The notes: generated by a model from the sequence alone, not told the origin. 64,000 nt of DNA from Capillimicrobium sp. (GCA_035761245.1 DASTRJ010000028.1:8200-72199); one strand, 5' to 3'; numbered from the stretch's first letter, positions 9,291 through 17,764 are shown. Translations and numbers: made by a program.

Positions 9291-10412
9291 GTGGCGCTCA
9301 CCGACGTCGCCGGGGTCCTGAGCCGGAAGTTCGTCGTCGGCTTCTTCATCCCCGTCTTCTTCGGCTGCGTCGCGCTGAAGCTGCTCGTGGCCGCCGACGC
9401 GCTGCCGGGCGGCCTGCGCGACGCGTCGGGCGGGACGCAGATCCTCATCCTCGGGGGCGTCGCGCTGCTCGTCGGGCTGCTGCTCTGGGGCGTGCACTAC
9501 CCGCTCATCCGGGTGCTGGAGGGCTACTGGCTCGTCGCGCCGAACCTGCCGGAGCGCGACGGCCCGCTCCCCGACCCCGAGGGCCGCTGGGTGCGCAACC
9601 GCGCGCTCGCCGCGCTGCGTCGCGCCGCCGGAGGTCCTTCGCGGCTGGTCCGGCGGGCGCGGCTCGCAGTCGGCGAGTGGAAGCGCGAGCGGTGGGTGCG
9701 GACACGGCAGCACCTCGTCGCCGTGCGGGCGCAGCCGGAGCGCTCGGCCGAGCGCACGCAGGCGGCGAGCGACCTGACGATGCGCTTCCCGCCGGAGGAC
9801 CGGCTGGTGCTGCCGACCGAGCTGGGCAACGTCGTCCGCGCCTTCGAGAACCACCCGCGGGAGCGCTACGGGCTCGACGGGATCCCGATCTGGCCGAGCG
9901 TCGTGACGATGCTCAGCGAGAGCGAGCGCGCCGAGCTGGACGAGACCACGACCGACGTGGGCTTCTGGCTCAACAGCCTGGTGGTCGTGGTCGTCGGCGG
10001 CGCGCTGCTGTTCGCCGAGCGCCTCTGGCACCCGCCCGGCACGACCGAGGCGACCGCGGCGATCGAGGTCGCGATCGTCGCCGCGGTGACGGCGCTCGCC
10101 GTGTGGATGTACCGGCAGCTCATCGCCGCGGCGATCCGCTGGGGCGAGCCGGTCCGCGCCGCGTTCGACGTGCACCGCCTCGAGCTCTACGACACGTACG
10201 GGATGCGCCGCCCGCGCACGCCCGAGGAGGACGTCGACGCCGGCCGCGCGCTGAACCGGATGCTCGCCTTCGGCGAGCCCATCCCGCTCGAGTGGCGCGC
10301 CGAGCCGGAGCCGTCCGACGGCCGCCCGTCGCCGCGGGACGCGGTGGCGGCCGCGCTCGGGACGGCGGTCGCCGAGGCGATCCGCGCGACGCGCGGCGGC
10401 AGCGCCGGCTGA
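9291..10412 (+). CDS. Hypothetical membrane protein (2+2 TM with soluble central region)
   Basis: GGAGG RBS; hydrophobic pairs flank LPTELGNVVRAFENHPRERYGLDGIPIWP. Confidence 0.75.
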   Translation: MALTDVAGVLSRKFVVGFFIPVFFGCVALKLLVAADALPGGLRDASGGTQILILGGVALLVGLLLWGVHYPLIRVLEGYWLVAPNLPERDGPLPDPEGRWVRNRALAALRRAAGGPSRLVRRARLAVGEWKRERWVRTRQHLVAVRAQPERSAERTQAASDLTMRFPPEDRLVLPTELGNVVRAFENHPRERYGLDGIPIWPSVVTMLSESERAELDETTTDVGFWLNSLVVVVVGGALLFAERLWHPPGTTEATAAIEVAIVAAVTALAVWMYRQLIAAAIRWGEPVRAAFDVHRLELYDTYGMRRPRTPEEDVDAGRALNRMLAFGEPIPLEWRAEPEPSDGRPSPRDAVAAALGTAVAEAIRATRGGSAG

Positions 10413-10432
10413 GGAGCACGCCCAGGACGACG

Positions 10433-10460
10433 AAAAGCCCCGCCGGAGCGGGGCTTCTCT
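10433..10460. terminator. Bidirectional intrinsic terminator, likely the native tRNA-Val terminator
   Basis: aaaagccccgc-cgga-gcggggcttctct directly after the displaced tRNA 3' fragment. Confidence 0.8.
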
Positions 10461-10461
10461 C

Positions 10462-10497
10462 ATGGGCGCGGCTGGTTTCGAACCAGCGACCTCTCGC
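10462..10497 (-). repeat. att site: displaced 3' half of tRNA-Val
   Basis: atgggcgcggctggtttcgaaccagcgacctctcgc matches 17764-17799 at 35/36 (T10476 vs G17778). Confidence 0.95.
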
Positions 10498-10717
10498 AGC
10501 CCGCGAACCAACAAACCCAGCCCGCAAAAGCCCTGCAAATCGGCCATGGACGTATGTCCGACGCGAGGCGAGCGGCAAAACCGGGCGCCCTTGATAGCTG
10601 TGGACCATGTACCCGTACCCAACCCCGGCGCGCAGGGGCTCGTGCTGCGCGGACCTTCACGGGCTGCGGCCCAACTCCGGCCATCTGCCCGACGGGACGA
10701 TCGCCCAGGAGGGCATC

Positions 10718-11770
10718 GTGATCCCGACGGACGAGGCGCTGATCGAGGAGGCGCTGGAGACCAACCACGCCGAGGTGCGCTCGGAGAGGACCCTGGACAC
10801 CTACCGCGCTCATCTCGCGCACTACTCGCAGTACCTGGAGAGCGCGAAGGCGGCCACGATCGCGACGGCGCAGCGCAAACATGTGCTCGGGTTCCTCGCT
10901 CACCTCCAGGTGAGAGGAGGCACGTCGCCGCACCCTTTTCGGGAAGGCTGCTCCTGGTGCGCTGACCGGGGGTATCCGGACGGCCGCGAGGGATGCGGTT
11001 GGTCGCCCTCGCGCGTGAAGAGCTACCTCGCGGCGATCCGCTTTGTGTATCGGCACATGATCGAGGAGGAGTGCTTGCCATCGATCGATCCCAGTCGGCA
11101 CATCGCCTCGCCCAAGGTCACGGTGCGCCGGCAGTACACCCCGAGCCGCGAGGAGGTCCGCAAGCTCCTCGACGCGCCGGGTAGCCCGCGCGACCGTCTG
11201 CTCGCGTACTGGGCGTACTACGCGCCTTCACGTCGTGAGACGTTCCGGGAGGCGCGCTGGCGGGACTTCGAAGGGCTCGACACCACGGACGCGTTCTGGA
11301 ACGTGCCGAATGCCAAGGGCGGCAAGGCCGACGGCTTTCTCCTGCATCCGGCGCTGCGCGCGGAGCTGCGCCGTTATCGGCACTGGCAGGAGCAGGAGGC
11401 AAAGCGGAACCCGCGGCTCCGCGCGGCCTTGGCGGACGAGGAGACGGCGTTCGTGCTCCTGAGCAGCAGCGGGAAGCAGCTCCATCGCAGCACGCTGACC
11501 AAGATGATCAAGTGGCGGGCGGTTCGAGCTGGTGTCGCCGTGGTCCCGAGCACAGATCCGGACGCCGTGGATGGCAAGTCATCGAAGATGACGCTCCATG
11601 CGCTGCGGCGCGCCTGGGCCGACCACGCCCTGAATGATCCCGAGAACCCGCTGCCGATCGACGTGGTGGCGGAGGTTCTGAGCCACGCGGATGTGCGCAC
11701 GACCCGCCTGCACTACGCCCGGACGAAAAAGCGGCGCGCCCACGATGCGCTGAGGGGGCATCGGCTGTGA
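10718..11770 (+). CDS. int: Tyrosine recombinase/integrase
   Basis: GTG after AGGAGG; catalytic R (SRRE), K (AKGGK), HALRR, LSHAD and Y (RLHY). Confidence 0.9.
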   Translation: MIPTDEALIEEALETNHAEVRSERTLDTYRAHLAHYSQYLESAKAATIATAQRKHVLGFLAHLQVRGGTSPHPFREGCSWCADRGYPDGREGCGWSPSRVKSYLAAIRFVYRHMIEEECLPSIDPSRHIASPKVTVRRQYTPSREEVRKLLDAPGSPRDRLLAYWAYYAPSRRETFREARWRDFEGLDTTDAFWNVPNAKGGKADGFLLHPALRAELRRYRHWQEQEAKRNPRLRAALADEETAFVLLSSSGKQLHRSTLTKMIKWRAVRAGVAVVPSTDPDAVDGKSSKMTLHALRRAWADHALNDPENPLPIDVVAEVLSHADVRTTRLHYARTKKRRAHDALRGHRL

Positions 11771-11840
11771 TCGCGTCCGCGCGCCCCGTCGCCTGTGGCG
11801 GTCTGCCGGTCCACGCGCCAACCCGCCACCATGGGGTCGG

Positions 11841-12272
11841 ATGATGAGAGCGCTGCCTCCAACACCTCCGGCCAGCGACGCCGCGACGAGGAAGGCGATG
11901 CAGGGAAACCGCGGGACGGACACGGCGCCGGAGGTCGCGCTGAGACGCCTGCTGCACGCAGGTGGGCTGCGCTTCCGTAAGAACTTCCGGGTGTCTGCGG
12001 GCGGGCTTCGCGCGACCGCAGACATTGTCTTCACACGGCAGCGCGTGGCGGTGTTCGTGGACGGCTGCTACTGGCACGGGTGCCCCGACCACTGCCGGAT
12101 GCCGGCGCGCAACGCCGAGTACTGGGAGGCGAAGATCGGCCGCAATCGCGAGCGCGACGAGCGGATCACCGACGCGCTCATCGCGGGCGGCTGGCGTGTG
12201 CTCAGGGTCTGGGAGCACGAGCCCCCGGACGAGGCCGCCGCGCGCGTGCGCGCTGCGCTGTCCGACTCCTGA
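11841..12272 (+). CDS. vsr: Very short patch repair endonuclease
   Basis: DTAPEVALRR, ADIVF, FVDGCYWHGC, N..RD and GWRVLRVWE motifs. Confidence 0.95.
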   Translation: MMRALPPTPPASDAATRKAMQGNRGTDTAPEVALRRLLHAGGLRFRKNFRVSAGGLRATADIVFTRQRVAVFVDGCYWHGCPDHCRMPARNAEYWEAKIGRNRERDERITDALIAGGWRVLRVWEHEPPDEAAARVRAALSDS

Positions 12273-12291
12273 ACTACGGTTCGGTCCCGTC

Positions 12292-13419
12292 ATGGGAACC
12301 ATTCGCGCTGCCGAGTTCTTCGCCGGCATCGGCCTAATGCGCCTCGGTCTAGAAGGGGCGGGCATTGAGACCCGATGGGCCAACGACATTGAGGCCGACA
12401 AGCGAGACATGTACGTCGCGAACTTCGGCGAGCACGAGTTCGTGCTCGGCGACGTGCGTGATGTTCGAGGCGATGACCTGCCCGATGTGGACGTTGCGAC
12501 CGCCTCGTTTCCATGCACGGATCTCTCGCTCGCGGGAAACCGACGCGGCCTTGGCGTGACCGCCGCTCCGCGAGGCGAGGAAGGCGGATCGAGCATGTTC
12601 TGGGAGTTCGCACGTGTGCTGGCGGAGATGGGAAGCCGGCGGCCGCCTGTTGTGCTCCTGGAGAACGTTCTCGGCTTCGCGTCGAGCCACGGCGGTAGGG
12701 ACCTCGCGGGGGCCGTGGGAGAGCTGAACAGGCTTGGCTACTCCTGCGACCTCATGGCGATCGACGCCCGCCACTTCGTGCCGCAGAGCAGGCCGCGAAT
12801 GTTCATCGTTGGGCTGGTCGAGCCACGCGCGGAGGATGCCTTCAGCGAGAACGCCGATCGTCCTGAATGGGTCCACGCGTTCGCGAGGCGACACCGTTCG
12901 GCTCGGCTGCACGCGCGCGAGCTGCCACCCTTGCCGGCCGGCCCCTCGACTCTGGCCGGGGTGGTTGAGCGGCTGGATCGCGCTGCGCCGGAGTGGTGGG
13001 ATCAGGAACGACTCGCTCGCTTCGTCGGCTCCCTCTCGCCGATCCAGAGCGCGCGGCTGGATGAGCTGCGCTCGTCGGATGAGCTGGTCTGGCGAACCGC
13101 GTATCGCCGGACAAGAAACGGCGCGGCGGTGTGGGAGATCCGCGCCGATGGGATCGCGGGATGCCTGCGCACCGCTCGCGGTGGATCAAGCAAGCAGGCG
13201 CTCGTGGAAGCCGGCCACGGTGAGGTAAGGGTCCGGTGGATGACCCCGCGTGAGTACGCGCGGCTGATGGGTGCCGATGACTTCACTCTCGCCGCCCGTC
13301 GGAACCAGGCGCTGTTCGGCTTCGGCGACGCCGTATGCGTTCCGGTCATCGCATGGCTGTGCGAGCACTACGTCGCGCCTGCTGCCGCCGCGTCCTCCTC
13401 GCTCGCTCTCGCCGTCTAA
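12292..13419 (+). CDS. DNA (cytosine-5) methyltransferase
   Basis: Motifs I FFAGIG, IV FPC, VI ENV, VIII QSRPR, IX TPREYARLMG and X GDAV. Confidence 0.95.
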   Translation: MGTIRAAEFFAGIGLMRLGLEGAGIETRWANDIEADKRDMYVANFGEHEFVLGDVRDVRGDDLPDVDVATASFPCTDLSLAGNRRGLGVTAAPRGEEGGSSMFWEFARVLAEMGSRRPPVVLLENVLGFASSHGGRDLAGAVGELNRLGYSCDLMAIDARHFVPQSRPRMFIVGLVEPRAEDAFSENADRPEWVHAFARRHRSARLHARELPPLPAGPSTLAGVVERLDRAAPEWWDQERLARFVGSLSPIQSARLDELRSSDELVWRTAYRRTRNGAAVWEIRADGIAGCLRTARGGSSKQALVEAGHGEVRVRWMTPREYARLMGADDFTLAARRNQALFGFGDAVCVPVIAWLCEHYVAPAAAASSSLALAV

Positions 13420-14213
13420 TGCCGCGGCCTCGTCGCAGCGACCTGCCCTCGCCGCAGGTCCGCGAGTTTCGCAACATGCTCGACGTGGCTCTCAACGAGA
13501 TCGACGACGAGGGACGCATCATCGGCAATGCGAAGTTCGGCGTGTACGCGTTCTACGACTACGACGGGGAGCCGATCTACGTCGGCCAGACGAACGAGCA
13601 GCTTCGCGTCCGCGTGCGGCGACACCTGACGAACCAGCGCACGGACGCCGTGGCGATGCGAGTACTCGACATCTTCGAGGTCGCCGAGCTGGAGATGTGG
13701 CCGCTGTGGGACCTCGAAGACGAGACCGACCGCCAGGCGGCGCGTTCACGGCTGGATGCCGTGGAGTACTCCGCCTATGTGAAGGCCATTCAGACCTCAC
13801 GGTTCAGGGCGATCCTCAACGAGAAGATCCCGCCAGTCTCGCCCGTCGTTGAGCTTCCTCAGTCGTACCGCTTTCCGCTCGTTCACACGGACCCGAGCGA
13901 CGAGCGGCGCCATCCGGATGTGAGGATCGCGCGGCGCGCGGAGACGATCTCGCGCCTGGCGGCCGTCGCGCGGGAGCGCGGGGAAGTGTCCGATGGCCTA
14001 CGCCGCGTGCTCGTCATTCAGGCCGTCCGTCTGACCTACCTCTCGGCCGCTCGGTACGCGGAGACGCTGGGCGAGCCAGCCCCGGATCCGTCCGCCATCG
14101 ATGTAACGGCGCTCATCGGGGAGCTGTTGGCCGAGGCGCCCGGTGAGATGACCGAGGAGGACGTCGAGCACATGGAGTTGGAGGAACTGGATGAGGGCGA
14201 GCTCGGAGCATGA
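13419..14213 (+). CDS. GIY-YIG nuclease, putative restriction endonuclease
   Basis: GVYAFY...IYVGQT, R..RH, E and LNEK motifs; TAATG overlap with the methyltransferase. Confidence 0.8.
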   Translation: MPRPRRSDLPSPQVREFRNMLDVALNEIDDEGRIIGNAKFGVYAFYDYDGEPIYVGQTNEQLRVRVRRHLTNQRTDAVAMRVLDIFEVAELEMWPLWDLEDETDRQAARSRLDAVEYSAYVKAIQTSRFRAILNEKIPPVSPVVELPQSYRFPLVHTDPSDERRHPDVRIARRAETISRLAAVARERGEVSDGLRRVLVIQAVRLTYLSAARYAETLGEPAPDPSAIDVTALIGELLAEAPGEMTEEDVEHMELEELDEGELGA

Positions 14214-14220
14214 TCGCGCC

Positions 14221-14299
14221 CGCCGCCGGCCGAAGCGGGCGGCAGCGGGAGCGCACGGCCGGCGGCGTGCTGGTCGGCCACCAGCACCTCTAACAGGAG
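14221..14299 (+). other. Candidate rolling-circle nick site (dso/oriT)
   Basis: 12-bp stem (14221-14232/14256-14267) and 8-bp stem (14267-14274/14280-14287), then CTAACAGG at 14290-14297, upstream of the Rep module. Confidence 0.5.
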
Positions 14300-14399
14300 C
14301 CCCGCAAACACCAGTGGACGTGGTGTAAGCGAAATCCTGAAATCTTCCCTGGCGCCGCCGCATGGTGAGGGAAACGACGAGCTGGAGGCTCAACTCACC

Positions 14400-14732
14400 A
14401 TGCAAACCAATCCAGGGAAGCGGATCGAAGCGGCCCCGACCGGGGGCCTGGTCGTCGCATGGCTCCTGGGAGACGACCCCAAGACGATCAGGACACGAGA
14501 CGGGCAGGAAAAGACGATCATCGAGCTGCGCGACCCGCGCAGACTCAGTAACTCGATCGTGATATGGCTGGAGGGGGCGGCAGGCGATCTCTCCCGCGTC
14601 CAGCCCGGCGCCGTCATCCAGCTCCACGTCGAGTCAGTACGGTCCGGGCGCGCTCGTGGCGAGCTTGTCGCTTCGGTGTCGCGGGAGGCGGTCGAGACGG
14701 CCTTCGCCCGCGCCGCGGAGGTGCAGCGATGA
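14400..14732 (+). CDS. Small beta-rich protein, possible OB-fold ssDNA-binding protein
   Basis: GGAGG RBS; PKTIRTRDGQEKTIIELRD and VQPGAVIQLHVESV pattern; located in the Rep operon. Confidence 0.55.
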   Translation: MQTNPGKRIEAAPTGGLVVAWLLGDDPKTIRTRDGQEKTIIELRDPRRLSNSIVIWLEGAAGDLSRVQPGAVIQLHVESVRSGRARGELVASVSREAVETAFARAAEVQR

Positions 14733-15214
14733 CCCGTCCGATGGCCTGGCGGGGCGGCGCGGTAGCGCCACCGGGTGCCCGTCGATCGCGCGACGGGAAG
14801 ATGATCCAGGTGCTCGGAGGTCATGTCCCGGTCCCGCGGGCGTTCAGCGCGCCGCAGCTCGATGCCGAGGCCGATCTCTGGGCGAAGCCAAGCGCCGCCG
14901 TCGCCTTCCCGTTCCATCCCGCGGGCGTCCTGCGTCTATTCGATCGTGCGCGCGCCGTGCTTGAGGATGCGTGCGCGTTCGAGGGACTGACGGAGGAAGA
15001 GCGCCGCCTTCTCGACTTCAAGTGCTGGCAGCTCTCGGCGAGGCTCTTCGCGCCGGGCGCCGGCATTCGGGGGGCGCTCGAGCGCGTCGCCTCCGACGGA
15101 TCGTTCGCGCCTCGCCCCGACGAGGCCGAGCAGTTCGAGGTCGCCCACGCGACCCACCTCGCGGCATGGGCTGTCACGACTGCTGCGTGCGCCTGGGCGG
15201 AGGAGCTGCGGTGA
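14729..15214 (+). CDS. Hypothetical protein
   Basis: ATGA and GTGA overlaps with both neighbours; GGAGG RBS. Confidence 0.6.
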   Translation: MTRPMAWRGGAVAPPGARRSRDGKMIQVLGGHVPVPRAFSAPQLDAEADLWAKPSAAVAFPFHPAGVLRLFDRARAVLEDACAFEGLTEEERRLLDFKCWQLSARLFAPGAGIRGALERVASDGSFAPRPDEAEQFEVAHATHLAAWAVTTAACAWAEELR

Positions 15215-15774
15215 TCGACCTCGAAGGCGGCGCCCGGCTGCTCTCGCAGCATGTGGACGGGCTGGAGCTGACCTGCGCGGTCGCGCAGGTCCCGCTCCTG
15301 CTCCGTCAGCGCCCTGACGACCTCGACGCTCGACTCGGCCGCTTGCAGGCGCGTGCTCGGGCGACGCTTCCGCACGGAGCCGTCCCGTCCGAGTGGTGCT
15401 GGGACGATGAGCCGGTCCTGGTTCTCCCGCACTCCCTCCGGCCCGGCGCGCGCTATTGCATCGAGTGCTCGGACTGGGCCATCTTCGTCGCCCCCGTCGG
15501 ATCGGTAGTGCCGCGGCTCACGGTGCAACTCCGGGCCGACTACCTGCTACGGGTGGGGCCGCTGGGAGCGTACGACGCCTCCCGCGAGTGGGTGGAGGAT
15601 CATCTTGTGCCTCTGATCGGTGGCCGCCCGCCGGAGGATCGTCCGGCCTGGCGCATCTCGCGCCTCGATCTCGCGGCGGACGTAGCGGGCGTCGTCTTTC
15701 AGCTCGCGGACCTTGACCATTTCACGACACGGGCCGCCAGTCGCCGCTCATATACCGGGGACGCCGAGCAATGA
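15211..15774 (+). CDS. Rep_trans/MOBT-like replication initiator, N-terminal part
   Basis: HVDGLELT and WRISRLDLAADV (RxDxAxD) motifs. Confidence 0.7.
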   Translation: MIDLEGGARLLSQHVDGLELTCAVAQVPLLLRQRPDDLDARLGRLQARARATLPHGAVPSEWCWDDEPVLVLPHSLRPGARYCIECSDWAIFVAPVGSVVPRLTVQLRADYLLRVGPLGAYDASREWVEDHLVPLIGGRPPEDRPAWRISRLDLAADVAGVVFQLADLDHFTTRAASRRSYTGDAEQ

Positions 15775-16520
15775 CGGGCTCCCTCGCCGTATCGCATCAT
15801 CGAGGGCGACTCCTCACCGGCTTCACGTTCGGGAAGCGTGGCGGCGCGGTGTACGCGCGCGTGTACGACAAGACCGCCGAGGCGGACGACGAAGCGCCGA
15901 TACGCGAGATCTGGCGCGCTGGCGGCTGGAGGCAGTCAGATGGGCGCGTATGGCGCATCGAGTTCGAGCTTCGACCGCACTTCCTGCGGAGCCTGGAAAC
16001 CGTCGAGGGTACGCGTATGCCGTCTGATCCGCGAGCGCTGCTGGCGCGGCACCTCGACGCGATCTGGCATCACCTCATGAGCGATTGGCTGGTGCTCCGG
16101 GATCGTCGCAGCCTTCGTAGTCGGATCGAGCGCCGACCTTCGGAGCGGTGGTGGGAGCGCCTGGCCGTCGCCGGGCAGCTCAGCACCGCGTGTCTCGCCC
16201 CACCGCGAGCACTGACGCGCAGGCCGCGAACGCGGTTGGACTGCACGATGCTGCACAAGCAGGTTGCCGGCCTCCTCGCTGCGATCGGCGCCTACCACGG
16301 CAACAACTCCCTCATGGACTGCTTGGACGGCCTGACCGCGTGGATGCTCGATCACGTTGGCGTTCAGGGCTTCCGCGAAGCCGTCGAACGTGCCGAGCGC
16401 AGGCACGGGCTAGTGGTAGGGACGCAGAAGGTCCTGCCAGGCGAGCATCAGGCCGAAGCCGGCGAGGATGACTGGGACCACGTGTTCGATCACCCCTCGA
16501 TCGTGGCGTACGACGGCTGA
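15771..16520 (+). CDS. Rep_trans/MOBT-like replication initiator, C-terminal part
   Basis: GFTFGK, ARVYDK (catalytic Tyr motif) and WRIEFELR motifs. Confidence 0.75.
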   Translation: MTGSLAVSHHRGRLLTGFTFGKRGGAVYARVYDKTAEADDEAPIREIWRAGGWRQSDGRVWRIEFELRPHFLRSLETVEGTRMPSDPRALLARHLDAIWHHLMSDWLVLRDRRSLRSRIERRPSERWWERLAVAGQLSTACLAPPRALTRRPRTRLDCTMLHKQVAGLLAAIGAYHGNNSLMDCLDGLTAWMLDHVGVQGFREAVERAERRHGLVVGTQKVLPGEHQAEAGEDDWDHVFDHPSIVAYDG

Positions 16521-16544
16521 GCGTGCACGCGGCGGCGCACGCTC

Positions 16545-17621
16545 TCAGCTCTCGCTCCGCCGCTTGCCCGCGCCCGGATGCGTCGCGGTCGACAGCACGA
16601 CCGGGAGACGCATGCCGAGGGTGCTCGCGGTCATGCCGTGCGAGTCATGGTTCAGGAACGCTTCGGCCAGCGCCTCAAACTGCTTTGCGCCGATCACGCG
16701 TGCGAGGTAGCTCTCCAAGAGGAACAGGGTCGCCCGCGTCACGGATACCAGCGCGCGATGGAACCTTTCGGCGTCGGCCTCGCCGATGTAGCGGACGAGG
16801 TACGGCTCAACGGAGCGGTAGTTCGATCGGATCCGCATCCGCCAGAGGCAGTCGAAGAGCGATGTGGGGTGGAGCGTCCTCGCGTACTCGACGCGGACCT
16901 TGGGATCAATCCGCTTTCGTCCGCGCTTGCGTTTCCACTCGTCCTCCTTCGCCCGAAGGCGAGCCTCGCGGGTCGTCCGCAGCCACGTGCCGAACCGAGC
17001 CCAGAACTCGGCCTCGGCGTACGCGCCGGGGAGCCCGATCGGGATGGAGAGGACCTCGATCTTGGCGGCACATGCGCCAGGCTGCGGCTCGTTGATATAG
17101 GAGCACGACCCGCCGAGCGGGTTTCCGGCGGCGAGGACTGACCACGGCCGCGGGAAGAGCTGACGATCACGGATCTGCGCCGACACCGATCGCAAGGTCG
17201 CGGTGTGGTCGTCGGCGAGGCCCGTCATGCCGTTGGCGAGGAACCAGGCCTGGAGAAGCATGTACGCCGAGTAGTAGGCGTGGATTGGTGCCCAGGCGTT
17301 CGTGTACCGAAGAGCGGACGCGCTGCCGATCGCCGCCGGGACCCGGAGTTGCAACTCGCTGATCCAGCCGATCTCAACGAACCGCCGGATGCCATCGAGG
17401 TCGATCGACGAACGGCGGCTGAGCTTGAGGTATGGACGGTGCGCGGCGAGCGCGGCACCGAGTCCTGGATAGAGCGCCTGCCCCCGCCCGTACGTCTGCG
17501 TGAGGTAGATCTCGAGGTGACGGAGGTAGTGGAGGGTGACGGTGAAGCGCCGAACCAGCTCCTCGTCCCGATCGGTCGGGAGCGCCGGGATCGAGATGAC
17601 GTGGGAGCCCTCGTCGGACAC
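16545..17621 (-). CDS. Hypothetical cargo protein with HEPN-like motifs
   Basis: HAYYSAY..LQAW, a His in DDHTA, and RIRSNY; TACGCT -10 element 6 nt before GTG (leaderless). Confidence 0.65.
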   Translation of the reverse strand: MSDEGSHVISIPALPTDRDEELVRRFTVTLHYLRHLEIYLTQTYGRGQALYPGLGAALAAHRPYLKLSRRSSIDLDGIRRFVEIGWISELQLRVPAAIGSASALRYTNAWAPIHAYYSAYMLLQAWFLANGMTGLADDHTATLRSVSAQIRDRQLFPRPWSVLAAGNPLGGSCSYINEPQPGACAAKIEVLSIPIGLPGAYAEAEFWARFGTWLRTTREARLRAKEDEWKRKRGRKRIDPKVRVEYARTLHPTSLFDCLWRMRIRSNYRSVEPYLVRYIGEADAERFHRALVSVTRATLFLLESYLARVIGAKQFEALAEAFLNHDSHGMTASTLGMRLPVVLSTATHPGAGKRRSES

Positions 17622-17709
17622 GACGAAAGCGTACGGCGGCCGCGCGGCCAGCGGCCGGCCTGCGTCTGCCGGTCGCCCGGCTACGCTTCACGCATGGATA
17701 ACCCCGCGC

Positions 17710-17736
17710 GGGCGGCTGGTTCCGAACCAACCGCCC
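17710..17736. other. Hairpin inside the right end of the element
   Basis: gggcggctggttc-c-gaaccaaccgccc, downstream of the tRNA 3' end. Confidence 0.45.
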
Positions 17737-17764
17737 AGATTTCGCTCTATTGCGGGGCTGAGGA

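Noticed and set aside
5077-10430. Second tandem island at the tRNA-Val locus
   Set aside because: No further att copy or integrase found, and the HU and membrane genes have host-like codon usage.
10462-10497. Second tRNA gene
   Set aside because: Only the 3' half is present (no D-arm or anticodon loop); it is the att duplication.
12292-14213. Assigning CCGCGG specificity by analogy to Eco29kI
   Set aside because: A shared fold does not give the target, and no sequence evidence here supports it.
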